Shown one piece after another: positions 1 through 13,900 of a stretch of 64,000 nt of DNA. Each line of letters opens with the position of its first letter. The first letter of the stretch is position 1. The notes below the pieces were generated by a model, which worked only from the letters and a program-made list of their open reading frames with translations, was not told the DNA's origin and made no database searches. Source of the stretch: Ptychomitrium polyphyllum (Eukaryota). The position numbers and the translations under genes are program-made. Location: contig OZ316776.1 in the NCBI GenBank assembly GCA_973851085.1, positions 13,020,001 through 13,084,000 on the forward strand, in the 5' to 3' direction.

Positions 1-3000
1 GCAGCAAAGTAGACCAAGAAGAGAAACTTGGCTGCAGGGGTTTAGTGGAATTGCCGCATTCCACTGATAATAGCATGCAGAAACTGAGAGCTAAACAGGC
101 ATACGAGGAAACCCAGTTGCTCGAGAATTATGATTTTGGCTTCTATGGCAGTGCGAGACATGAGAAGGGTGGTAACTCAAAAGGTATAGAAGTGAGGTTA
201 TGTCCATGTTTATGATTTGAGATCGCTCTCCATATTAATGTCATTGCATTCGTTTGTGGCAGATGTGCCATATTGGATACCAATACTGTTATGAGCTCTT
301 GACCTGTCTGATCACCAATCATAGTAATTCCTGTTAACATATGCATGGACTATACATTCTAGAACCAATTTTCTTGAACTTAATCTTTATTTACAAAACC
401 GTGCAACTGAAATGCGCAGATCTGGAAATCTTGCAGCATGAGAGCGTTGATTCAGATGCTGAGACTGCGGATGATGAAGAACCAACCGAGGTTGTTCATT
501 TAGACGCAACCACAGATGATGAAGCCACCACCTCAAGGCAAGGTGAGTTACTGAAAGTTTGTTAAAGCAGACAGTGCGAACATCATCCAATCATGAGGTA
601 TATGAGCGGAAGCATATAATGGAGATCCCTTTATAGCATTGTCTGAATGTAGGGGTTTGCACGTCTCAAGGGTGTAGGAGTAGGATTACATCGAAATTGA
701 CTTGCATATACATTTTGAGGAGGTCATTATGTCACAACTTCGAGCTGAAAGGAGAATTTCAGGGCAACGTACCTCATAGTTGATCTTGCAAGCTTACGAA
801 TTAACCGTGCCTTCGGTTTGATGAGATATTTATGGAGTTGCACCTCTTAGTATTCTATATGATACAAATAGTTTGGTGGGTGAACAAGACTGTTTCATGC
901 TCATTTTGTTACCTACTTTGCCTTGTTAGACCAGCAGGAAGTGGCGTGGAAGGAAAAACCAAATTCAAGATTTCGTCAAGAACGGATGTGTGAATTTGAT
1001 ATGGATCTCAATGTTAGTCTTGAGGAGGAGATGGATTGCGAGTATTATGGGGAACCAAGGAATTACAATTCTCAGCTGGTCCATACTGAGACACAGTTGG
1101 TCCCAAGTACTGAGACACAGTTGGTCAGTGATACATTTCGTGGCTGGCACTGTGATACACAATTAGTCTCGACCACTGGAAAGGAGTTTCTGGATGACAT
1201 TACCACCAGTCATATCAAGGCGGTGGCTATCGATGCCAAGGAGGTGCTTTGCGAAGCTAAACCGTCTTCTTCCTTTTGTCAGGAGTTCCCAAGTCTCACC
1301 ACTGAGAGTAAATTGAAAGCAGTCCCGTCAGCATCTGAGGCTTCAGAGGGTTCATCGTTTCAAAGCTGTGTTGGTACGGTTCATGCCGAGTCTATGCGAA
1401 TGGCAGCCATGCAGCCGTTAACGTGGCTTCCTAAACTAAAACTTGATGATCATGTTTTTCGTAGCTCTCAAAGCCATCCATTTTTCAGAAATAGGAAGGA
1501 GGCTGACAAGAGTGATTATAAGGGTGAGCTCTCTTCAGGTGAGCCAGAGTGGATGCGGGATTATGGATCTAGAGGGGACAGTCCGATGAAAAAGAATCTG
1601 GACGAAAGAATAGGTGCTTCAGGGTTAAAATCTGGGCAAGAGTACTCTTCCTCAAGGGTTAACAAGGTTACTGGGATGCTCACCAGTGGACAAGGAGAGT
1701 TGGCAGAACAGGTTTGGAACAGTAAGGGAAGGGGAGATTCTCTGTTCGGAACCTCCAATATGTCAGGTGGTAGTTATAAGGGCGCTACGGGAAAGCCAGG
1801 AGTTGGGAGCAGGTTTTTGCCAAATAATACTACATTAGCGCGTCGAAGTTCATTTGGACCTAAGCCGCCATCTCCAACGGGTAGCATGAACTACTTGGAC
1901 TCTATGGTACTTTTCGTGCCCGCGCACTTGCTGCAACATCAAAAAATATATTTTATGCAGTGTTTAATTTAGATTCCGAGGGTTAATGATGTTGAAGTGT
2001 GAATACCATGATTGTTTTAAGTTGCATGCTTTAAATGGTTTTGTATTGCACCGTAAACATATCAAATGAAGATAATTCTTGGAAATGCTTACATTTAACA
2101 GCCTTGTATAATGCTCTTCTATTCTCCACTCTCACGCACTCTTTTGATTACAGGAACCAGGGGAAGAGGTACAAGCGCAAGCATTGGATATGGTGGACAA
2201 GCTTGTGTGGTTGAACAGTGCTGATACTACTCCTGCATCACCTCCAAGAAAGTACAAGAAGTCCTTCTCTGGCTTACCCCCAGCTTCCTCCACACTGACT
2301 AATCCGGCTCTTCAAGTATTTGAATTCGAGGACACTCCATTGGCAAATGGTGCAAAACCATATGGTGATTTGAGCCTAATCAAAGAAATCCAAGCTGGGT
2401 GGAAAAAAAAAGCAGAGCAGAGTCATCTTGCATTGTCAGCGAGAAAGGGCAAGGAAAAGGAGGCAGCTTTGTTACCTGAAGGTGAAAGGTTGAGTAAGTT
2501 TCTAACAGAGAATGATTTTGACAAAATATGTGAGCCCAGATTGCCGTTTGATGGGGCAAGTACAAAGCACTTATCAGCAAAGGTACAGGGTAAGAGTGAT
2601 AATTCCCTTGACGCTGGTACAACAAAGAGCTTTCCATTGGTCCACGATCGTGTTACCGGGTGTAAAGGTGACCATGCTACCTATGAGACGAGGAAGCTGA
2701 GAGGGAATTTGGCTGAACCTGTAGAGGTGGCTGACGACGATCTTCACAATGTTGTGGGGATTGGAAAGCAAAGACCGAGGGGAGGGATAAAGTCAGATGA
2801 ATTGGTGGAACATAATGGAGACCAAGGAGAGGGAGAGGGAAAAGTTCTCGATGGAGCACAAGTTCTGACCAGGAGGAGATCGCAAGTTACTAGGAGCAGG
2901 CGCGAGAATATTCGTGTTCCAGGTTCACCTGAAGGGACGTCGCTCATGGATTGCGAGATGGAACATAACCCATCAACATCTCGGAAAAGGAGAAGTCTTA

Positions 3001-5447
3001 ATTATATGCTTCGAGATCGAAACTCCAAGAAAGCAAGGTCAATGGTTGAAGAGGACGATGAGGATCAGAATGAAGCCAATGAGAGCATGGACTCGATTCC
3101 TCCTAATCCTGCAAGCAGTGGTGCCGATCCTACGGTACGGTTGGTTGGAACAAACAGTGTAGAGCGAAGCAGATCACTTTCCAAGCAGCTATCTGATGCG
3201 TTCATTCCACATCAGGTGAGATTGCCTTATTCTCCTAGGCGGGCTTTTGAAATATACCTTAGATGTTTTAGAATAACCATGACGTAAACCTAGTTGGCGA
3301 AATGATTGTTTCGTAGCTGAAGTGAACCTGGCTCCAAGCCGAATTCGAAAGAATTGCTGTAGTTTACCTTTGAGGTAGCTCCTCATATTTGCAGCACCAC
3401 CGTGCAGGTTCTCAATGCGAAACCAGAGAATGTCGAGAGAGAAACAGAGAATGCAGAGAAGACGTTCACGGACGAAGTGCCTGCAAATGGGAAGAAAAGG
3501 AGGAGAAACCGAGAAGCTCTTAAGCTTTTACGGGGTGACGACATAGGCGACATGCTTGAGGATGGGGTCAAGACTCGAAGTCTAAGACAATTGCGCAGAA
3601 GCTGCAATGATGACAAATGCACTGAGCCTTTGTCAAGTACATTAGTCCAGAAAAGATTACGCAGTGTCAGAAGAGGCTCTGGAGGAATTCAAGGAGTACC
3701 CAAAACCTCAACGATAGATGACGAGGGCGATCTTCAGAATGAAGTCGAACAGGATGCCAGTACCAGTACATGGTCTGCAGCATTTCAAGGCGATAGCGAT
3801 GATGAGGAGCAGGAGGTGAATGATGTTAGTAGCTCGGAAACCTCGGATCAGAGACATATTCATACTGATCTACCAATGGAGAATGCAGATGTTGGTCGCT
3901 TGAGGATGACACGGACCAGAAGCATCGCGGATGTATTTAGTCCCCCTGCACGAGTGTTGCAACCGGTACCCTTCCCTCTCGTCACTGGAAGAAGAGGACG
4001 GGGTGCAGTTGTAAAATCTGAAACTGTTGAGGAGTGTCTGTATCCGTCATTTGTGGTACCTCCAGCAGGTAAAGGTTTGCGCATGAGGGCTGTACGCAAG
4101 AAAAGAGATCCTCAAATGCTTGCTGTGCCATCAGAGGATTTGATGGAGTTTGTTCCAGAAGGAAGTGCTTCTGTGAGCACCGAAGGGAGTCTACGAACTC
4201 GACGGGGAACGAACGTTTCTGTTCTGTTTAGTCATGGCTTGTCAGAAGACACTGTGAAGAAACAACGCAAAGTTAGGATCTTTACCTGTAGAAGGGTTGA
4301 TTAGTTTTTATTTCTTTTGTCCTTTTCCTCCCCCTCCCCAAAATTTCTCCTTCTCTATCTATCCTGGATATCTTATCTCCTTTCTTGAATTAATGGGTCT
4401 CTTTGTGGTGCAGATTGTTGAAAGGCTGGATGGAAAAGTGACAAAAAAAGCTGCTGATTGCACTCATTTTGTAGCTGAGAAGTTTGTGAGAACTGGTAAT
4501 ATGTTAGAAGCCATGGCATCAGGGAAGTTTGTAGTCACGTTTGCATGGCTGGAAAACTGTCATTCAGCAAACTGTTTCGTTGAGGAGCGAAACTTCATTC
4601 TACAAGATGAAAGGAAGGAAAGAGAGTTGGGTTTCTCAATGCGTGCCACCATTTTGGCTGCTCAACACAAGCAATTATTGCAGGGAGTCAGGGTGTTGTT
4701 GACCCCAAGTATCAACCCAAAACCTCAGGCAATAGCTGCTATTGTTCAGGCAGCTGGTGGCCAGGTATAAAGTTGTCACATTCTTTGTCGACTGCTATAC
4801 GTTATTATGTTCCTACATTACACTTTTGATGTGCTAGATGGATGTAATTGTTTCGAGGTAGGGGAGAACACCTAATTGTTATTTATCAAAAAATTTATTG
4901 AAATGATATTGGTTTAGATATCATGACTGTTGTTATTAACCAACATGGCTTAATTGTAAGAATGGGAAGAAATTTAGAAAGACTTATTTACACGTCTTGC
5001 AGGTCGTGGAAGAGTACAAGGGTCCAGCACCAGATGCTCGGAACGAAGACTTCTGTATTGTGATTGCAAACGAGGAGGATATCGACATTTGTGTCCCATT
5101 CCTCGATCAAGGTTTCACCTTCCACCTCTAAAAAGCAACTTTACTTTCCTTCAGCCTTGCCTTCAGTTAGAATAAGAACACTTAATGGCTTTGACAGCTT
5201 GGCAGATAGCAACCGCATCTCAAATTCTGCAATTAAATTTCTTCTAGCTTCAGAGCTTTGATTAAATAATATAACTTAAGATTATAATATTAACTTAGTC
5301 TGAGAATACAGCTTATTCCGCTGTTGTGCAGGAGCTAAGGTGTACAAATCGGAGCTTATTCTTAGCGGGATCATCTCTCATCATTTGGACTTTTCAAAGT
5401 ATCCTCTTTTTGATCGTCTTCCACTTTGGGAAGCTTGGTTGTATTGA
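1..5447 (+). CDS. Tandem BRCT domain protein, plant MDC1-like (BCP3/BCP4 type); 5' end lies outside the window
   Basis: In-phase GT-AG exons approx <1-183, 420-542, 930-1906, 2154-3215, 3395(or 3408)-4271, 4414-4764, 5003-5111, 5332-5447 (TGA). Long low-complexity N-terminus with TQL motifs. YLDSM|EPGEEVQAQALDMVDKL resembles the plant LSYxDSQEPGExSQANAL motif. C-terminal tBRCT: VLFSHGL..CTHFVAEKFVRTGNMLEAMASGKFVVTFAWLE..VYKSELILSGII. Confidence 0.88.
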
Positions 5448-6835
5448 AACTTTTACAGCTTTGATTCCTTCAAGATGGATTGCTAGATATTTGTTCTCAT
5501 ATCTACTGGCTGCTCATTTTGCTCATCTAAAACCTTTAACTCTAAATTTTTTATTGAACAACCTACTTACAAGGTCATTGTCGCTTTGGATGTTAAGGAA
5601 CATTTTTGCTGTTTTTATTATCTCATGTTGTCATAGTTGTGTACCTATAAATTCTTGTTTCCAAGTGTGTTTAAATCTTGACTAACGAGCAGACATCTAC
5701 TTTTTGAAAACTATCGAAGCGCAAGACGTCGAGGGCGGTAGGCCTGAAGGTGGGAGTCTCGTGTGCATGTTTTCACAAACCCAACGGTAACCTAGCGAGT
5801 ATGGTTGAGTTTGCCAAGACATTCACATAAAACCTTTCATGATTGTATGTTCACATGAAGAACTGTATTATATTCACTGATTTTGTTACTAGGTAGTATT
5901 AGGTTCTTTCGATCAAGCACGTCATGCTCTTCCAGCTCGTGAGTGGAAACTTGTACACTAGTTAGTTTTCAAACAAGTTCTTAAGAACGTTTTGGGTTGG
6001 TTCTATCTATATTTAAATGTTTTGTAGTGGAAGTGGGTCTTACGGGCACGGCCTTCCTCTTCTATTCCCCTTTTCACCATCTTGGGTGATACAAGTTGTG
6101 TGTTTGGTAATACTGTTAGTTTTCTATGATTGCAAAGGGCTCAAATAAACATTGCAAATGGACACTGGTACAATTCAAGTGTTGCAGTTGTATTTATGGC
6201 TGTATTCAATTCAAAGAATCCACATAGGATGGAGTCCCCTTCGTTTGTAAGAGCCACTCTCAACAGTTTTTCAAAGAACTAGAAGTACTTTTCCGCCTAG
6301 ACACCAAGAATGCCAGACTACCTTTTAGTTCCTTGCTGGATGGCTGATGGCATAACAGTTATAATGAGGAGATGGAAACAGATCCTTAGCTCCACTGAAA
6401 TAAATAGTAGACGAGTGTAGAAGATGCAAGACTTGCTCACGGAGCTGACATCCTTCATCACTGAACTTGGGGATGCTATCCTTCCATGAGCGTTCTTCAC
6501 AATTTTCCACAATTCACGATTACAGTGGAAATTTGTACCAAACAAACAGTTTTCCTGTAGAGTTGGGTCCGTTGGAGGTACTAATTCAAACAATTGCAAC
6601 TGTAACTATGTGCTTTCACCTTTTCTACGGGCCTCAGAGAGTCAGTAAAAGCTAACACAGTATTACCATTTACTTGGCAAAAGTTGCACAAGATGGAAGA
6701 AGTTGTGGATAGACTGATGCCTTCCTTGCGTCTTTGACATAGCTAGCGCTTGCCTGTGCAGCAACTTACTATCATCCCCAAATTCTAACGCGAGGCGGCA
6801 AGCCTTAATGCGGGTTGAAGATATGCTGATGAGGC

Positions 6836-7020
6836 TCATGATTTCTTGTTCGGGGGCTCAAATAACTGCTCACTTATCCAGTCCCAAGGTTGGATGAGCC
6901 AAAGAAGCCTACTACAGAGGTGACGTTCCAAATCGCCGTTGCCTCAAAGTCACGGTTCTGTGGCCTCAAGGCCTTCGGAAGCATGTTTATCAAAAAACTC
7001 AAACCTGACTTCTTCGTCAT
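6836..7020 (-). pseudogene. QCR10: Cytochrome b-c1 complex subunit 10 (QCR10/UCRY)-like small protein gene with a 1-bp frameshift
   Basis: From ATG 7020: MTKKSGLSFLINMLPKALRPQNRDFEATAIWNVTSVVGFF. Restoring one base in the T-run at about 6901-6903 gives WLIQPWDWISEQLFEPPNKKS* (TGA 6836-6838). The W..G.hWhhQPhxW pattern is typical of plant QCR10. ATG-to-stop span is 185 nt, one short of a multiple of 3. Confidence 0.72.
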
Positions 7021-8659
7021 GGTCAGGAACTTCGAAGTTTCTCTTCAACACAACTCCGATGGTTAATCAAAGTTTAGAATGGTAATCCTGTATCTTGCAC
7101 CTACCAAGAAATGTGAGAAATATTATCTCTTGTTCAGCCAAGCAAGCAGTAAGAGAATATCACTGTCCAACCATTGAAGGGATATCACTGTAATCACAGG
7201 AATTACCAACTGGTCATGAATAACCGTCAACAAATTGAGTCATTATTGCACACATTGAACACCATTGCTTAACGAAATTCTCCTACTCTCTTCCTGAATG
7301 AAGCGGGCAGAGCAGCAGTTAGAGATTACGAACTCCGAACTTTGGTGATAGGCCATAATATGCAATTGTTTGCTCCATCAGGCATCACTGAACATTTTTC
7401 CTCATCATCCACTGACGCGAAAGTGAAATGATGATCAGATCGCATACCCTACAAAGCAAGAGCTCAGAAATTGATCAGAACAGAAGAGGTAGGGTTTTGA
7501 GCACTTACAAAAAATCTCGTTCACGTTTAGATCATCTTCGAAGATTTCCAACAAAGGGCATATCTCAGTCGTCCATGTTTCGAAGTAGCAATCGTACCCG
7601 CCACTTCATGCAAGTGGGGATTGATTCTTCACGTGCCTCGGCAAACAAATAATTAACTTCCGTTACTAAGGCTATTTACTACTGGTATCTGGTTCGTGTT
7701 CTTGGCCTGCCCACCATGTCAGATACTCCACTCAACTTCCGGTACCATTGCTCTTGATTTATCCGTACAGTTTATTGAACTTCAGTCATATGCATCATAT
7801 CGACCACCCATATTCGGTATGAGAATGTTGAACTAACATCTCCGCTTACCTAAAAATAAGGAGATATAGCAATCAGACTGCCGTATGCAATGAGAGGAAA
7901 GTGCACGGCGAACAAAGTAGAACAATCCCTTTCAAGCATTCTAAATTGATACCTCTCAGCAAAGAGGGCGTCAGCTGCGTACCCAAAACACTTTTAGATA
8001 ATCTGTGCAGAAGGGACGTCCTACTGTCATTCGACTAGCATGAATGGATTAGATAAAACAACTTCAGAAAAACGTTATGACCAATTCTTTTAGAAATTCA
8101 AATCAATCAAAATGATACAAGGATCAGAATCTCCAAAGTTTATTCCAAGCTTCATAGAATCACAAAGATATGGAAAACCACAAAATAAACGATGACTATG
8201 CGCACATTGCATTACACGATCCATAAGGAGATTTCTACCAGAAATAGATTCAGTATTAAATGAATCATCAAGCAACGCGCTGGGGAACAATCACAAATCA
8301 TAGTCCAGCAAAATACTTGTGTCCTGACGCCATACACTTCAACAGTAAATTACGAAACCATGTACATCAGATCAATTTCTGTAACACTACTACCTATTTT
8401 TTTAACAAATCTCTAGGACTACACGACTATCCGCATGTCAAGATAATCCCAGAGTCATCGGAAGTACAATCCATAAACACAACTCCGGCTCCAACTTTTT
8501 GTCTTTTAAGATCAACAAGTGCAGGATATGAGTCGGACTCTGTGGCCGGATGCCCTTAGATTTAACGAATGACCCCTAATTCACAGCTCATTTCTTGCTT
8601 GAATCAACTCCCACATTAGGCAGAGAGGTTTTGTCTCCTAGCCTTCTACCACTCATGAA

Positions 8660-10938
8660 TTACATAATGCTGCAATTCCCTGGACCACCTGCACCAGGTG
8701 CACCAACTCCTGAAAAATCTGGGAGCCTGCATTGAACCAGTCAAAGTAGTGAGATTTACAAACTCCATCTTCTAACTGCATGTCTTAGGTGCACAAAACA
8801 CTGTGTCGGCCTCGAAATAAAGACAGTTTCAGAATATTATTTCAATTTCAACAAGACTATGAACACCAAATAGACTGCTGCTGACGCAAACAATATCTCC
8901 TGGAACAAATAACCAGCAAAACATCTTTGTCAATGACCTACAAAAGAAACCGAAATTCACATGTAAGACCAACTGTAGGAGAAGACCAGAAGGGAAAACA
9001 TACATTGGCAAACCATCTTCCCCAAGTTCAAGGCCAGGCGCAAGTTCACGAACAATATCTGGAGGTGGTTGCCCACAGTCTTGCATATTCTGCATAAGGT
9101 TCACAACTTTTTGAAAATCATCTGGTGTGGTTTCATAAACATGGCACAGCTGCTTGATGAAATCATACTGTCTCGTATAGCGCGCCGTGTCCTCACTGCT
9201 AAGCTCTGACGTATGTGACTCCAGCCATTCGGGGTACCTATCACCTATCTCTTTCATGGGCTCATATAATACTTCCTTAGATAGAAGCTGCCGCATCATG
9301 GTATCCATTAAGCCCTGCATATCCTGAAAGTGCACACAAAGAAGCTGAAGTGAGGCCACAAGCCTGATTAAATGTTAAACCCAAGGAAGAAACACAGATG
9401 TTACGGTTGCACTGAGAATAGCTTATTTTCAATCAATATTCTTAGAGAAAGAACCCACAAGCACAAGCATGAGGGAGTTGGAAAGAGAACCTGATTTCCA
9501 CCAAGAGCTTCAAACTGCTTGACGAAGCTTTCCATGTCGTCGGCTGTAGTCTCACCACCCGAAGGCGCATCTATACTTTCTACTGTGTGTCGTGTTTGTT
9601 CAGCCAGTCTCTCCAAAGTTGCTGACAAGTTGGCCTCCGGGCTAAGACCCCTGTTGGTGTGGGCAGCTTGACCAGCGACATGCTTGTCTTTAGAACCTTT
9701 ACCAGTCGATTTCTTCTTTCCTGGTGTCAATGATGGTAAACTAGTGCCTAACCCTTGTCCAAGAGCAGGCTTTGTCACTGCACTTGACTGAGAGGGACCA
9801 GATTGTGACACTGGAGACGATTCTGAAGACCTGGAATAATGTTTAAGTATCAATAATTCTATATGGTCACAACGACCATCTCGAATAACAATATGCTGTG
9901 CAAACATTCGATTTTCTAATGCATAATAGACATCTCCATTAATCTCTCTAAATGCAAATAGACCATATTAAACTAATTATCTTACAGTATTCAGGGTGGA
10001 GGAATCAGAGGGGAGTGAGGAAAGTCAGCTTACTTTGGACCTAACCCATCAACTTCACGGAAGGCATCTAAAGCACCTGCAAAAGCAACAATAAACTGTA
10101 TCAGTGAAAATGCACATACGATTACAAACCAACCGTGGCCATCTCTGAGCTTGCCAACTTGATTAAATCATGCAATTCGCTTATTGACAAACTCTGCAAC
10201 ATCGTTCATAAAGCAAGAGATCACGCTGTTCACATGTAATCGACAACCTAATAAAGACGAACAAGTAATCCAATAAAGGCAGGCAAAAGCGTCCTCTGTT
10301 GCAACGGAAGTCCAACAGAAGTACCTAAACTACAGAACCCACAGCGACAATTAATCTCCTAACAGATGATTCTCACTCGAAAACAGAACGATCGCGTAGC
10401 AGACGTACTCTCGCCCTAAAAATCAGCACCCACTCAAGCTCAACGAAAACCCTAATTGCGCTGCATACCAAATTGTGCCTACCCTGAAACCCTAATCAGT
10501 AACCACCACTCTGCAACTCATTTCTTCTCTCGGATCGCACCGCGATTCCTCAGAATCACATAACGCAACTCCTTCCAACCCATGAAGAGTGCAAGGAGTG
10601 GATAGGAGGAATATTCATCAACAATCGCAAGCGCGAATCTCGTCTCAAGAAACCCAATTCGCTCTAACGCTTCCTCAAGAACAAAGATCAACTCCAGTGA
10701 TGAGATTCCCGCAATTCAATCAAAAAACTGCTCTCGCAACGTAGATTCCAGGACCAACAAGAAAGGAAGAATCCAAAGACATAGGTCTGCAGGGAATGGC
10801 GAACCCTAAACCCCACGAAAACACGTGAAAAGAAGCTCAAAATCATGCCACTGACGCTGTCTATAAAACCAGGGCATGGAGATGAACGAGGCCCCTACTG
10901 TCAAGCAAGTCGTCGTCGAAATCTTCATGATCCGCCAT
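8660..10938 (-). CDS. PEX19: Peroxisome biogenesis factor 19
   Basis: Exons 10938-10899, 10076-10034, 9830-9491, 9323-9004, 8726-8660 join in phase. N-terminus MADHEDFDDDLLDSALDAF (PEX3-binding segment), core MMRQLLSKEVLYEPMKEIGDRYPEWL..MQDCGQPP, and C-terminal CaaX motif CSIM* (TAA 8660-8662). Confidence 0.95.
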
Positions 10939-13900
10939 GGTGAGGCAGTTCTGGCTATGGCGATGCTCTCGCGAGCGGCTCTGGGCTTGTTTGATAATCT
11001 TCGCTTCTGACGAAGACGACGACGGAACGTGGACGTCGTCGTCCGCAGGACGAAATCTAATTCCTCTCGTCGATTCCGTTGACGAACGTTCTTGACTCGA
11101 CGAGGTCGACGGAATGGTGTGGACGGCGTCGATGATTCGGTGGAGCGTAAAATTCTTCGTCGGATTTGTAGACGAAAGTTCTGCTTCTTGGCTAACTGAT
11201 CATGGCTTGCGTAAAAGAATAATAATAGTTACTATATTTGTTTTGAATTGTTTATAGCATCTTTCAAAATTGTACAAGAATGAGCTAAGGTTTTGCAACC
11301 AACTGTGAACAAGTATTGTCAATGATATTTGAATTTGTTCAATAAAGGTTTGTATTTTAATAGTATTAGTAAAAAGTACTTCCATGCATGAGACTATATA
11401 TAGGATTAATAAAGAATAAAGTATTAGTTTTAAGGCTAGATGTATGGAGAAATGGAAGACAAAAGAAATGTCAAGAATATGTTTGAAAATGATAGTATAG
11501 TATACTTTTGAAATCAAAGTTATAGTTGGAATTATTTCTATAATCATTTCTATATACAATCGTTATGTGCGAAAATAATGGATTCATTTAAGATTTTGTT
11601 ATTTCATTTTATTTCATTTTATTCAATCAAGGATTTCAGTTTATGCAAGGTAAATTATCATGTGAATGAAAAATAAGCAAATAAGTAATGGATGCTGATA
11701 AATTTAATTAATTGTAAAAACATAACAAATTTATATAAGGTAATTATTAGGCTTTTTCATACACATCCTTTCATACTTCTCATGAAATTTGTATAAACTC
11801 AAAACAATTTTGGACTAATGAGTGATGCATTACATTTGATTATTAAAAAGGTGAATTATATAAACATCAATTATTTAAAGAGAATTATTCTTGTATTTGA
11901 TTCACTTTATCAAAATGTAAAATCTTATTTTATTCTTTTATAAAATTTATTTATAAAAAAATGTTTAAGTTTTTGCAATCCGCTAGAAAATAATCAAATA
12001 TAAATACATAATGCAAGAAAGTGTCAAAGATGCACCATGTAACATATCTTTGTAGCCATTAAGTTTTAAAAAATTATTATCCATAAAAATGACATTATAT
12101 GCATAATTTTATCTTATGTGCCATTGTGTATATGATTCTTTTTAAAATGTGCAATTTTAGTAGATATAAAAATAAGAATTTAAATTTAGATCTTTTATTT
12201 AAATTTGTAGATTTCTAGAGAGGTACTTATTATGATTATATTTTATATATTTATAAAACAAATACTTTCATATGAATGTACAGTGACATATCAAATTCTA
12301 TGTCACGATATTAAAAAATAATTAAATTTAGATACCTTCTTTAAAGAGAGACAAATGGAATTGTACTTCAAATGGAAGTGGAATTGATAGGTGTTCAAAA
12401 TTAAGGTATTATTTCATATAAGAGTAGAAGCAATTGGAATTTAGAAGAAAGGTTTAAGGAGTGGAGTGTGAATAGGTGAGATAGACAATAAAAGGATTTT
12501 TTTTTCTTATATGTGATTAATAACAAATTTTAATAGAAGAAATATTAATAATACTAAAAATCATGGTAATACAAAGGTTTGGAAAGAAGGCATTGTTTTT
12601 CATTCTTTCCATTTTGAAGACAATATTAATGAATTAAAAAATACATTAAAATTGATGCAAGTATTAAAATATACACATAAAATTTGATGTTTTCACTTTG
12701 GAATATGAGAACTTTTGGATGAAGGTTTTGGAGTTTATAATAATATTTAGAAATCCAAAGTCCAAATGGAATACAAAAATCCTAAAGACACTTTTGGCAG
12801 CTGCTAAGAAAGTTAATTTTTAAATAGATTGCCCTTCAATGCAAATAAAACATTATGTTTTTAAATTGAAGTTCATAAATTTTTTTTGATGGCCTACACC
12901 TTTTTGCATCCAAAGATCATTTATTTGAAGGACATTAATGATGAGGAATTAAAGTGTTATTAAAATCTAAAGAGAAAGTCAACATATTCTTTATATATGT
13001 GTTTTTTTCTACATATTTTTTCTCTACATATTTTTTTTTGCAAATATTAAATAGTAGTCTAAGTTTAGGCGTATGGCAAATCAATTTTGGCAGACTTTGA
13101 AAAAATAGCTTAGTATTTCAACTTGCTTCTTTGTGGAGCTTGTTTTAAAGTGATGTGACAACATCTCCATTAAGACTACCTTTATGGATGGAAGATGTGG
13201 AGGCATTCTAGCAATGAATGCATTGTTCTTGCCTTGTTGACATTTATGTTTTGGAAAGAGATTGTTACAAACGTGACATAAATGACCAATAAAAGATGTG
13301 TTCTTGCTCTTTGGAACATGGTGTGCTTGGTGTAACACTCCGCCCACTGCTATCGTTTATTATTGATTTCTCCTTGTTGACTCTGGGGTGAGTTGTTTCA
13401 TCTGAAACAAACTCCTTGTATCCAACGATTTCCAACATGGGAGTTATGAGCGGGAGGACAGGATTTCAGTGAAGCTTTTTTCTTTCTTCTCCAGAGGAAA
13501 TCTTTTTGTACTGTCTGTCCTTCGTCCATGCAGATAAGACATGCTGACATAGAAGTTCCATGCTTAATTCTATACACTTAGCTTATAGAAACTTTCTGGT
13601 GGTCATGGACGTGCCTGTGAGGTGTAAGGAACTCAGAACAAGAATCTCTAGAAGACTTCAATTCTTTTGTTCCATGACTCTGAACCTCTAATATACTAAA
13701 CAGGGCTGAGATATATGAACCTGATAGATACATGAACTAAGCAACTCACCGACCAGCATACATTCTTCGCAACTTACCGAAGACATGGCCAGCAAGATAC
13801 TGACTAGCATTAAAATAAGTTAAGGCTGCACGAGGCCAATGACTTGGCATAAGCAGGATGTGCCACATGGATTTAGGAATCAGTCAAACAGAAGTCTCAA

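Noticed and set aside
11200..13080. AT-rich tract and the 119-aa ORF at 11200-11559, possible transposon relic
   Set aside because: Low-complexity composition only; no LTR, TIR or coding motif could be identified. The same applies to 17280-18180, 39720-42000 and 53400-54800.
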